Part shown: one piece after another, positions 38,701-51,821 of the stretch
How the letters are laid out: every line of letters begins with the position of its first letter
How positions within the stretch are numbered: position 1 is the stretch's first letter
Made by a program: the position numbers and the translations under genes
Assembly: GCA_000934665.2 (NCBI GenBank)
Contig: KZ538377.1
Coordinates: 1-64,000 of the forward strand
From: Catajapyx aquilonaris
Lineage: Eukaryota
DNA: 64,000 nt
Reading direction: 5' to 3'
Notes under the pieces: generated by a model
Database searches by the model: none
What the model saw: only the letters and a program-made list of their open reading frames with translations
Told to the model about the DNA's origin: nothing

Positions 38701-39540
38701 TAATGGTTATGTTTGGAGCCTGTACTCCTTCAGGTTATACTCCTTGTGTTACAATCGTGAGGTTGCATACAAACAAGGATGTTCACTCTTGATTTACTGT
38801 ATGTTAATGTTGGCATGACATGCTCTTTAATTGCGCAAAATAATATTAAGTATGTCATGATTAATACCCTTGAACAACAGGAATTTGACTCAAATTACGA
38901 TGAGGTGCATTGTAGTGGTGTGCTTAAATTACTGCGTTTTGTCATACCAGACTGTCTTTTCAAGTCCTTACCAAGAAAACCGCTCTTTATCGGAATTCGT
39001 TTTGACTCGCATTTCTGTGGATGAGGGAAATACGGTTTACCACGTTTAGAAACACGAGACTCACAGCGGTTTGTCTCATTGCATTGCATTTATTTGAACT
39101 TATGACACTTATGTCAACAATGTTTTGGGCAAACATATCCTGGTGCTGAACAGTTCGCATTCTAGATAGAAATTAATTTGCTTTTAAACTCATTCCCTCC
39201 ACCTTATATCGCTGGGATATGACTGTCTGTTCAATGATGGTTGAAGATTTGCTCCGGAACATGTTTTGTATTGTGACATACATTTCAGCCATATACATTC
39301 ATTGTCCAGTGTTCCGTTCTGAGACACACATCCCCCACTGTAACAAAATGTGACATCCAACTCCTTCGGATGACCCGGGACAGAATGCGCGCACCAAGAA
39401 CTACGAGTGCGTCTTTAAACCGGCCCCGGTCGATTTTGGAATGCTCCCCAGGACGGCCATGAGTAGTATGGTGGACATAACTTGAACATTAACCACCCAC
39501 CACCTTACCACCCTTCCCCCTTAGAAAACGGCTCGCAACC

Positions 39541-39640
39541 ATGACCTTCTTCTTGTGTTGTCGCCACTTGTTGGCAACAGCATGTCTGCTACTATCGGTG
39601 TGCTCTGAAGTGACGTGGTCGTGTTATGTGTTCCCGTCAG
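39541..39640 (+). CDS. agrn: Putative alternative N-terminus (signal-peptide-like MTFFLCCRHLLATACLLLSVCSEVTWSCYVFPS), contiguous and in frame with the following follistatin exon
   Basis: ATG in gcaaccATGa context (A at -3). Basic residue, then hydrophobic stretch LLATACLLLSV, then a plausible T-W-S cleavage site. No stop before the follistatin domain. Confidence 0.7.
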
Positions 39641-39877
39641 ACATACCGGACCCTTGCGAGCACAAGCAGTGTCCGTACGGAGCCCGATGCGTTCCTTCGC
39701 TGGACGGACGAAGCGCCTCCTGCGAGTGTCCCGCCTCCTGTCCCGACTACGGAGACAGCGAGGAGGCGCAGCCAGTCTGCGGAAGTGACGCTAAGGACTA
39801 CCGGAACCAATGCGACATGAGGAAGGCCGCCTGCCAGCACAACAGGGTCATCACGGTCAAGTTTGTCGGGAAATGCG
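39641..39877 (+). CDS. agrn: Agrin-like exon, follistatin/Kazal domain (DIPDPCEHKQCPYGARC...PVCGSDAKDYRNQCDMRKAAC...FVGKC)
   Basis: ttcccgtcag| acceptor at 39639-39640 joins the 2368 exon in frame (G|AC = Asp). G|GTAAGT donor at 39878. 237 nt, 10 Cys. Confidence 0.9.
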
Positions 39878-42800
39878 GTAAGTCACTTATTTTTTGGCCT
39901 ATTAAAAAAAAACTAGGTGCAGATGCAGGTGGCGTATGTTGCATGACGGAGGTGTAGCGTGAAGAATTACAAGTGTCCGCTGCAAAAATAGTTTTTTTTC
40001 CCCCACAGCGCATAATGCAGCTGGAGTAACTTCTCTCATGGAATTGATTATTCTCGGTGCAGTGTTTCATCCGGATTCGGATTAGTTTCTATGACCTCCC
40101 AGGCACTGCACTGCAAGCATTTCTACAAAAAAATACCTACAGTGCTCAAGCAGCATATTGCAGCTCTGTTGTGATCAAAATGTTGGTGGTAGTCCCCCCA
40201 GATGATCCAGCTTATTTGAAGTGATGCTTCACCAGCATGCTTTGGATGGTTGGCTCTAGAACAACACGATACGGTTTTGAATACTCGACTCCAATCAGTC
40301 CTGCCCGCATCTGAATCGGATAACCCAACCGGTATTCATCTCCAAGTGATGGCAGCATCAAATGCACAAAGCGTGGTAAATCTCACAATCAATTTCACCG
40401 GGCCAAATTTGAAGCTTCAGGCCTTTTCCCCTGCCATGAAAGGCCCTCCACAAATTTGTTGCACTAACGAGCCATTAGCGACGAAGATTAGCAAATTCAT
40501 TTCGCCAGCTATGAATTCTTAGTGTACACCTGCGTAGCCATGACGCTTTTTTTTCTCTAACACATGCATTGTTTCATAAGCGATATCAGGAGCGCCCTTA
40601 TAACTCGGAGCATAAAAGGCGCTTGCAACATGGAAAAAAAGATAGTGGAACTGCCCCCCTCCCCCCTAATTAAGGCTTATAATAGTGGCGTTATCTCAAA
40701 CGACTATTAAAACAGGGCGTCAGGCGGGTGAATGGGAGCGAACGTGTTGCTTTTATACCTCGACGGAAATCGGAACGATGGACATTGACAGTGTTTCATG
40801 GGGGGATATACGGGCAGACCCCGGATGGGTGCGCTCCATTTGTTGTTAGGAGGGGTCGACTCATGTATTACCATTATTGCGGCTGGCCTTCCGCACAACT
40901 AACGCGATATTAAAAAAGCGGTGATGTCAATAGGCCTTTTCTGGACCGCCAACACTACAGAATAATTGTGACACGCTGCGTGAAGAACTTCCGAATTTTC
41001 AGAATTAATAAAGGCGCCGCATACGAACAACTGAAGCATGATTGTGCTTCAAAATTAGCCTAACTCTGTGATTTTGTTAGCCTTTATTAATCTGCCAAAC
41101 TAGTAGCGAACCCGTTGCCAAATTTCGGCAACACTGGTTGCCCCCCCCCCCCCAACTTGGATGCAGTACGATAGGCCACTGCCAGATGGCGTGTTGGCTC
41201 TCCCTCACACACCACTGCCACTTTCAGAGAGAAAGCACGTTGGTGATGAGTCACCATGGTGTCCTCTAATAAGCCTAACTGTTGAAAGAGGAAAGTGAAA
41301 GCTATGGTAATTAGTTTGAATCTGCAGAGTTGTACAGTACTGTCGAGCAGTCATAACGTGTTTACGTGGTGGAATCACGGATTGCGAATTCTGTATGTGA
41401 TGTGCAGATTACACACCGTACACTCTACACAGTTATAAATATATTGCTAAATTACCACTGATGAAATGGTCTATCTCTAAATGTAGCAGCAATAATCTAC
41501 AGTTCCTGTTATGTTTTTTTTAAAAGCGTGGGCTTAATCTGCATGGACCAAAATATGTAAAGCTAAGCTGGGCTCCCCCATACAACATCGTTACATTCAT
41601 AATCCTCGCTGCAGGAATATTCATGCATTGTGGTCCAAAAATAATGGGCTTATTTGTAACAACTGAGGGACAATTCAGGCTGGGGGGTTCCTGGCCCGGA
41701 ACACACAGGGGGGAATGATGGGGGGGGGGCACAATAATCAAATAGAAACACTCTCACAATTTCACCACTTGCAATTCGGAATCCTGGAGAAAAATATTGG
41801 ATTATGCCACGGACTAATCCACCTAAATCGAATTGCGGGGAGGGCACCTCTCCTTTTTTTTGGGGACCCGAAGTTCTATAAACGGGGTTAAAATTGATTT
41901 CCCCCGACCCAAACTTTCCGTCTCTCTGATGACGTAGAGTTGGCTCCATATTGCTAGGTTTTGAATGTTATTCCAGCCTGCAAAGCCAAGCCCAGCCAAC
42001 ACACAAAAAAAGGAGTAGAGAAAGGCTGTTGCCCCTTGTTGAGTACGGCAATAATTGCTGACAATGGAAAAGGATGGCGGGAAAGCATTAGGGGGGGAAC
42101 TCAACGATATTCATATCATTTGTTGCCAATTTATGCGCGCAACGAGACGGAAATAAAGCTGGGGGTAAAAGGGGAAAGGACCATGGCTGCCAACTCGAGA
42201 TCGTCTGTCTTTTATTCCTCCTTTCCCTCCGAGTTCCCGGAGGCCATCACCGAGGATTATATGTCCCGGTAGTAAAATCCAGAATTCATTTTCTTTGCCA
42301 AGAAGAACTCGCTTGCTCTGCGTGTAGTGAGTCGAATGATTTTTAGACCTTTTATCCCGGAATAGTTTTCCGACTAGGAAAAGTGGGGGTTTTACGAGAT
42401 ACCGGTTCTTTGAGCACCAGGTAGAAGACTTGACGAAAAAGGTGGAATTCTACTTTTTGCAGACGTTTCGTAATATCGAGGGCATGTTGGGCCTGCAGCT
42501 CTGAATCAACCTGAAGCTTACCCTTTAAAAAAAGCAATTCTTGTTACACTGGCTGTGTCAGCTGCAATCCGAAACTTTGAGAGAAGCTGCAGGCCCACAA
42601 AATAACTTAGTAGTTACAACACACACGGCCGGTACTTTAGGCTATATACAGGGTCGCCTTTGTAACATAAATAGTGTGTAACTTGATCACCCAACCATCA
42701 CACGCACTGGAAAAATCGCTCTCTAATTACCACGAGTGAATAATTCCCTTTGTTTGTCCCAAGCCTTAATCGTAGTCCAGAAGTAGCTTCGTTGGTCCTT

Positions 42801-45800
42801 TACAGAAAGCCAAGAGATGCTCCCGAGGATTTCCCCCCGATTCAATTTGACGCCCACCTTTCCGTGAGCCAGTTCCATGAAACTTTGAGAGACTCTAGAG
42901 CTCCCAGCCCCCGCCGTCTTGTCAATGAGACCATCTGGCCAACATGGAGGGGCGGGAAAAGCTTAATTCCTGCAGCTTCGTGTGACCTGCTGAAAAGTTG
43001 AACCTTCTCCCATCTTTGTGGGAGTGAATATCCTCCGAGACAAAGTCGTGCAAAAGGGACCCCCAGAAACATGCAGAATGGTGGGCCCCTCCTCTCCTGC
43101 TGGAAACTGAGAAAAGTAATTAGAGCTCCGGGAGAATTACACTTCGGATTAAGAAGTCCCCTTCCGCTTTTCCTAGTCGTCGACCAACCTCTACATTTCT
43201 GGCTGGCTTCCCTTTTCCAGACGGAGAATACCCGGTGTCTCATTGTCCCCCTTAAAGCCAACTGACGTCACACACCACGTCCCGCTTTATCTGCATAAGA
43301 GGGACTTAAATTAGCGGGATAACGTCAGAAGTCTCCGCCCTTACCCACTCGCAAAAGGTTTCTGTATGAGTTGTGATCTCTCGTGGTGGCTGCACTTTGC
43401 TGCAGGAATTATTCCCGTGAAACTGCAGGCCTATTTCTTGTTCTCTAATAGTAGAAGAGCTGTATTTTAGGAGAGGGGGAAAAATGTGTGTTTGAATGGC
43501 GGTGGAGGCTAAAAAGAGAGGAGCTATTTGTCTATGCAGTGTGGTGGGAGGGCCTTGCTTGAATAATAATGTTGGGCTGTGTTTTGCTGACGGGAAAATC
43601 AGGCAGGAACCATCTAGAAATTTATGTTGCGCCACGGTGCTGCTAATCCTACTTAGTGGGTATATATACGGGAAAGTTTGTGCTCCCGGCCGTGCCTGCG
43701 CACTCGGCTTATTTTAGTAAAAATTTTAAAATGGAAAGAAGATGCGGTGTTATGAAATAGGATTATGAGCACCGCAGTTGGTATAGACAGAAGGAATGTC
43801 TCAATTAGGCTTAGTACAATGTGGCATTAAATAGGTTTCTTGAGTAGTAGATTCTGCTGTGTGTGTTTGTGCCCAGTCATGTATACAATTGCTTGTTAAA
43901 ATAAATATGGCGCATTAATAATTGCGAAGGATTTACTGCAAGGTGGCTTCACAACACTGTAGCCGTATTAAAATGAGGAAATGTCTCATAACGGAGGGTA
44001 AAAGTTTTAAGCTGCAAGCTGCATTTTAATTTGCTGTTGCACTGCACGACTGAAGTTTGTGCGCCATACTGTTATAATCCCAAGGAGATGCTTTTACTGG
44101 CCACTCGCGTTATCAGCATGGAGATACTTACTCCAATGATAAGTGATCAGACCAACCTGGTCCTACAGGCTGATAATTTAAAACCGCTGCAAGTGTAATC
44201 CTACTTGGGAAGACACATGACCCATCCAGCCCATTCTGTGTAATAAAGAACACCGCCGCCCTTTCTACGTTCTCATATCATTATACTGTCAGGTAGAACT
44301 CCGCCCGCCGGGAGGTTTCAACCGACTCGCCCACCAAAATTCAATTAGTAAAATCGGATTAAAATGTGATCTATCCCTTCTTGAATCTAGTTAACCTGCG
44401 AACTTTATTGCCAGAGGAAATGTTTGCCTAGTTTAGTCCAACTTTGCTCCATAGATCTTATACGCCCGATGCAACTTCACATTGTGATGCATCTCAGGGA
44501 GGGGACTATGTGATCTATTATGTAAGAGGATTTTGAGAAATTTGGTAACCCGAGGTGATTACAGTGGTCATATAAAATGAATGGGCTTTGAGTGCTCAAT
44601 TCTGTGCCGCGCCTCTTGTTTTCTAATGTTACAGGAAACTGGAAGTTCCATTAGAAACTGGCGAGACGAGGTTCAATTAGTGAAGACGAGAACTAGATGT
44701 ATTGTAAGAAGTACACTGCATTCGGATTGTAGTTTAGTGAGAAGTTAATGGGACTGTATATACACGAACTGTGTGAACATTAATAATGTAATAAGCGGAC
44801 ACAGCCATTATTGTGAATACAGTATGCAACATCCTGCCTAATGATTCACTGTAGGTGATGGATCTGCGCTAAGTGGCCGCTTCCCTCAGGAATATCTTCC
44901 AGTTTTTCATTTTAAAATTTTCCCATCCTCATTACAATTCCAGCAGGAGTCTGCGGCCAGCTGCAAAAAGTTTTTCCCCCCGTAAACTGGATCAATTCGC
45001 ATTTTCATTAAGCCACCCGCAATCTCGTTATTACCTAGTCATCAACCCGCAGTTCCACTACACCGAAGTTGCTACGAGCCTGACAAAATGTGCGTGACTG
45101 ATGAGCATGTTATTTCCACCTTCCTCACGAAGCCATTTGCGTGACCAGGCTACCCCAGGTAGAACCCATAAACGCGAACACACTGAGACTGGAATTATCC
45201 AGCAGGGAGTTCACATTGTAACCTCGTCTCATTCATTATTTCCGATTTGAAACGTTGCTCTCTGTACAAGCAATTAGAAAAAAATATAAGTCTGTATCAC
45301 TTGTTTGAATCTGCGTGTGACAGGTACTGATTGCACCTTTCAAGGTGTACATAGCCTCTCCATGGTGGGTCTCTGACTGGAAGCAATATGTCACAGCAGG
45401 GTGTCCGCATTGATCCAACAGCAGGGTCACAGGGTGACAAGGTTTTTCGACTTTCCAGCTTTAGCACAGCTCCTTAGCCTCTATAGGACAGAAATGCACG
45501 TTAGAATCTGGCAGCAGGGCGTGACTGGTGGCAGTAGCAGAAGGATATGTCCTGACATAGGTCCAAGGAAAAGTCAATAAGTCGCGGCCGAATTGTTGCA
45601 GAGAAAGCACTTGGAATTCGCCTGGAAGTTTGCGTGGAGAAAGGAATTCGCCAAAGACAGGTTGAGCTATTCGCTGTGTTGCCGCATAGAATTTAATTAT
45701 CCTTGCAGCTTCAGTCTAATCCTCTTTTACAAATCGGCGTTAAGTCTGTAATAAAATTTGGAGCTCCTTCGCTGACTCTTCATCATGTCTTTCAAAGCGT

Positions 45801-48800
45801 TGCATGCCATTTTAGACGCCTTTTTTTCTTGGAAGTGGAGGTAAACGTTCCGAATGGAATCGATCGCCCACAAGACAACCCTCGTGACACTTTTAGGCTT
45901 CAAAAGAGAGAAAAAGGCCCCCTTTCTCCTCTAATTGGAGCCTCTTCAATAGGATCCTCAAGATTAAGAGCACCACTGGGATAATATTTCACAAGTGGAA
46001 TACGCAAAAGGCATCCTAATTGCCGCACTAAAATTCCTCGGTCACTTGTTTTTTTGGGGGGTTGGCAGGGGTTGTAAACACACTAGAGTCGGCTATAAAC
46101 TCGGCCATTGAAATTGGGTAATTAAACTAATTTGCGCGAATTAAACTGGGCGGAATGGCTGCCCATCAATCTTGGTGTCATTTATAAATCATAACTTTGG
46201 TTCATGTGTTGCAGCTGCCAATTACGCCACAATGTTTGACCGAGGTGCAGGAATCGGTCAGTTTCAATGTGGGTTCGATACATATCTATCGGCCCGATAT
46301 TGTAAGCTGCGGGCAGTTAAAAGTACCAAAAATGTTGAGATAACAATGCAGTTAATATGCATGCATTGTTCAGTTTCCGAGTAATTGAGCCAATCGTGGT
46401 CGCTGCATAATTGCGTCAAAGATGATGCTTCACAAAAATGTTGGAAAATGTACTGACCTTAAAGCGTGATAGGTTACTGCGATAATCCCGGTCTTTCTCT
46501 ATAGTATGTATGACACCAATGTTGCTTATGTTACAGTGTATTTATCCTCTACTTTACCACCTCAGATTGAAATCCATTGTTTGTTTAACTGTAGAAAAGC
46601 ACACTCTTTGTCCAAACAGCGTTAATTAACCTTTATGATCACGCCTGCATTTTGATTATGTTGCCCCACGTTCGAGTAAATATTTTCTAGAAGCCCTGTA
46701 CAGGACATGCATTGTTAAGAGTCCTTTTTTTATAATGTAATTACGCTTGCAGCGGTTGTAAAATCCTCACTTGATGCACAAGTGCAATGGAAAATACCCG
46801 CAACACGTGTTTCATCCTGAGCGACCATTATCGAGGCGGATTTACCACTGCACGTAAATGAACCGTAAATTCCAACCCATAATACCCCCCAGACGTATAA
46901 ACCACTCTTTTCATACTACATATTACCGGCTTTTTTCGAGGGGGATAAACATATTCAAGCTTTTTCTCCTTTTTCTGGTCCATTCTAAGCCATTTGGAAG
47001 GTTAATCGAGCAGATAATTTTCAATTAGCCAGAGGGGGTTGGGAGGCAACAAATTGTGGGTCCATTACTACCACCCAACACTTGTGTGTAATGAGAAGAG
47101 TTTGCTGCTGCGTTGTTCAAAAACATGAACCAACCTACTCGATTCTAATGTACTATAGGCAATAATCGGACGATTAGGGTTGAGCAATAGGCTCAAGTCA
47201 TGCGAAACGTTGGACCCTTCCCTGCATTGCGACTCTCTTTCCTGTTTGGACCTTGCCTGCTTCGCTCTCTAGTATTTTTTCCCCTATTTTTTTAATGGCC
47301 TGTTTCATTGGGGGGGACCCCGTCGAGTCCTGTAGATGGCAGGACTGGAGTTGGCAATTATTTACATGGCGGAATGAATGCTATGGAGAGGTTAGACCAA
47401 CAATGGCACAGGAATGAATTGTCCGAGGTCTAGCTCCGGTCGGAGTGTTTTGTGTGCACGCTTTTTCAATTCGGCGGGTGCGGGGTTTTTTTCCTGTTTT
47501 TTTGCAAGGGTACTATTTTTTGTATTCCAGAGGTGGGTCTCTATAGCACGGAATTATCTTTGTTTTCGGTGTTAATGCAATGTTGCTGGAGTCTCTATTG
47601 TGATGGCAACAAGTATCGGAATAATTGCATTAATGTGCTAGCCCCTGTTTGTATGCCACGCTCATTTGTGTGGGTTTTAGCTTATCGTTTAATAGTACGC
47701 TAGGTCAACATAATTATTATTCTAATACGAATAAGGTGCTGTAATATATGTCAATATCCAGCTGCAAAGGGTTCTAACATTGACCTTAGATTCAGGGGCG
47801 TAAAGGTGGAAAAATCGGGATTGTCCAATTTTGGAGAAGTGCCCAGGCCTTCTCCTCCAGACCGGCTGAATGAACCATTGGGCTCCCCTTTTGAAGAAGA
47901 CGTCGTTTTGCCGGCGTTTCTTGCCGAACAATCCCGCAAGGAGACCATCAAAGTTAGGTTTTGGTGCCGGGGTATTACGGGGTTTATGGCTGTGTCCTTA
48001 GCACCAGGAAACGCTGTGATCAGGCCTAAGCTCCCGGTTGGCCTCACCTCGGCAAACCTTAAAGGAGCGTAAATCCCTCATCACCTCGGCCATCCAAACT
48101 GTGGTAACTACTCCAAAGAAGACCAAACTGACTCATCCACACCGCACTCAATTACTCTGCTCCAGCTCTCCAGCTTGCCAACCAAAAATATTATTTCTCT
48201 CCTAAACATGCTACCCTACGCTTCAAAACGATTCCAACAAAATTGCTCGGATGATGCACCCTATTTAGTGGAATCAGAAAACACGTGCCTGTAAAACGAG
48301 AGAATTAATCAGGCTCGCGCATCTATCGTGCCATTTATCTCCAAGTGGAGTCTCAGGCGAAAAATGGCTGGATTTATGCTTCCTGGTAACCCCCTCCTGG
48401 AGGGCCTATAAACTACGCTGAATCTGATAATCCGGAGGCGGACACAGCACGTGGCATTGATAGACTGCAGATAATCCCCTGCAGGGTAGGGGAAAAAAAG
48501 TTCCAGCGGCATCATTTCGTCGCGCAAGAGTATAATACCAAAAAGGGTCCGTCGAAGAGAAGAAGACGAGAGGGAAAAAAAAAGAGACACGCAGTCTTGC
48601 ACTTTTCTTTGACAAGTTGACGCGCTGGGCTTTTGGCCCCGACGCCTGTCAGAGGCTGGGAAACTTTCCAGAGACGGAGGAGACTATTTTGTTCAGCGGT
48701 CACAAGATTCGGCGGAGGATGTCATCTCGACGGAGCATATTTTAGGCTGCTTAGGTTGGGATAATCATATCAGGAGACGTCCTTTTTTCCCTAAGAAGAC

Positions 48801-51793
48801 GCTGTGATGAAAATAAGGCCGGATATAAAACTGAAGACGTTGTCAGTTTGACTGATTTGCATTTGTGAATCGTTACTCTGCTCTGCAGTTGCATGGGTCC
48901 ACAAAGTGCAGAATCGATGGGTCTTATTACGTTGTTAATAAAGGGGGGCTACTTGTCACAATTAAGATCTGTCACAATGCAGTCGAAATAATGGCGTACA
49001 GTTCTGTATTCGGGTGTCTCAAAGGGAACAGCGCAGTACACTGTGAGCTATAGAATATTGCGTTAGTTTCAGCCAGATTTAGGACGGGTTACACTGGTGC
49101 CAGATAATGACAGATTGTAACTTTCATTGGCGTCAACAATAGGCAACAAACCGTCACTTTTCCAACCGACTGGTACAGTACTTACCAAGTCATGCTTCGA
49201 GCTTGCCACTATGGACTGTACATGGATTGTAATAATGCGAGAGAACTCCGTGTAACACACTTGTTCGGATTTTTGACACACTATTGCGCATATTACAGTC
49301 TCCTTTCACTTTGAAGTCGTACTAACTCCCGGGAACCAAAGGAGCCCATTTTTTCCATTACGAATCATCCAGTAAATGAATAAAGTAGTAACCTTCGTTG
49401 CAGTTCATTGAGTCGTTTCATGTGGCCAGATAAAAGCGGTGCGCAGTACGAATCGAACTCGTTAACACCTTATCAATGCTAGAATAGAGAAACTCCGGCT
49501 GAAGTTTGTATCCGAAAGCGGTTAATTAGAGCGCACTCTTTTCTGCCAGAAGAGAGTCCAATTAGTCCCCTGTTGTATTCCGGGAGCTTCGCCCTTATCT
49601 TCAATTCCCCCGGAAACCGATTTAACTCTTGCTAATAAGTGTCTGAGGGGGTAAAGGATGAGAGATCGATTCGCAATGGTTCTCCTTTGATGCCGGGGCC
49701 TACACTCGCTTCAGAAAGCCCCATAATCCATACTGGCGTTTAATCTCTTCTCTCATTAAAGCAGCTGGTCTTGCCTCGCGATTAAACTGAGAACGGTTAT
49801 TCCCAGGTGAATACGTCTTGACCGCATGCTACAGCAGGATGCCTTCAGCTGCACACTTCAAAGGGAGTCTAATCCAAATATTAGGATCAGCATCGTGGTA
49901 ATTAGTTCAGTTGTTTACCGAATTAACTGTGTGCATAAGATGGCACCTATTGCAGTAGTTCCCAACATGATTTTAATTTTCTGAAAACAGTCGCGTTAAT
50001 TTATTGTAAATGGCTCTGCAACACTTTCAACCTCAAATTAACCCAAGTTCATAGGTGTACATACCTAAGTACCGCACAGATAATTTCCCAGGCAGCGCAA
50101 ATGTGCAACTCCAGCGATCAATATACCGGGTCAGACTATTCTCTCACCACAATGGCAACAGGAAACTGCTCTAGAAGGTGGCCTGCTCTTGTTTTTGTGG
50201 GTGGGTTAGAACCAGTTTTCTCACTTTAGCTCGTGGCTGGCTCAGAGATTCGGAGAGTCGGGGACGCACGGGTCAAAGTCCTGCCCTGCCGAAAATTTAT
50301 GCATTGGACTTATTGCTTTCATTTTGGGCTGGCTTTCAGATGGGGAAAGGCCTGACGGTCATCTGCATTTCATATTTTTTTGAAACATTTTATTGCAACC
50401 GTTTCAGCCGCTTTTAACATAAACACGGCCCCCTGCAGGCAGGACAACAAAGCTGTGCGGGTGAATATTTTATGTCTGAAAAAAAAAAAATCCGGCCCAT
50501 ATTATACAGTAATATTCATAAACTGGCGGATATTTTAAACTGCGAGTATATGTACGAACTGAATGAAGTTTGCATAAGGAAAGCTTAAACGGAACGCAAA
50601 TATTTAACCACTCAATATAAGACCACGTCTATACAGTTAACTTGCGGCGGTGTTAATGATCTCGTATGAAATATGGAAAATATCAATCGCTCATTGTCGG
50701 GACGTTTGTGATGCCAGTCCATATTTCTCTCTGTAATGGCAGTTTCCTGCTCTAAATATGAAGGCGTCGTTAAATTTTAAATCGCGGAGTGCGTGGTGAT
50801 TAATGCGAGAATGTGTTAGGCAATTCGTTGAGTAATCATTATTTCCCGGTTTTAGCTCACGCCACTCTTGTAATTTGTGCTAGAAAGGTGCAGGTTTCAA
50901 GTTTCTCCCATTCCTTTGCATGTGACGCTTTGGTGCCTATAATAATAGCCTTGGATAGACTGGAACAAGTGGCGTGACTCGGACATTCCAGGACAAAACT
51001 GGATGCCCACCGTCTGTAATTTACCAACATGATCTTAATATATCAGCCGATTCTACAAGACACGAAGGATAACAATGCGAGTTAATTAGTTCATACCCTT
51101 ATTATTTCATGGGTGTGTCTGGTGTGATTTTTTACAAAGAAAAATTAGAGGCGCCTATGCGGCGTCGTATCGATTAACTTTATATTGCATGAGCGTCACG
51201 TGTTAGAAAAGTAAACAGGCGGGTTCGTGTGCTGCCTTATCATACTATCATCACTAGGAGAGCCACTTTTATAAAATTAAAAAAAAGCGCGTTCTAAAGT
51301 ACAGATGCATTGAAATAATTTCTCGATATTAACATGTGAATCGTGCTGGATTTGAGTTCGTTCCCTTTGTGTGTTCGCCATTGGTTGCAAAAAAATTTAA
51401 CCGGAACATACATGTAGTAAATTAAAATTCACGTGCAGCCTGACAGCATCTACTCATCCTAAACTGACAAAGGTCTGCCCTTTGTAGTTCCCCACATTTT
51501 CATCTCCCCCACAACCCCCACAATAAAGGCACGAAAACTGGATTGAAAACTCCATTTTCCACAAGCGCAGTTCACTTAGTTGGCATCATTGGCAAGAGGG
51601 GCAAGGTTTGGAAGGAAATCAGAATTCGGATGGACCACCCTCTGATCTGGGATTGATGTTGGAAACGCTGGAGCCTCCAGGCCATTAGAAACGGTGGTCT
51701 TATCGTCCAGTTTGCTTCGGGGTTTGATGAGTGCTGGAAATGGAGTAGGAGGGGGTTGGAGATGGAAGCAACTTTGTCGCTTTTGGAAATTGA

Positions 51794-51821
51794 NNNNNNN
51801 NNNNNNNNNNNNNNNNNNNNN
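51794..51821. other. Assembly gap (28 N)
   Basis: Run of N. Confidence 0.99.
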
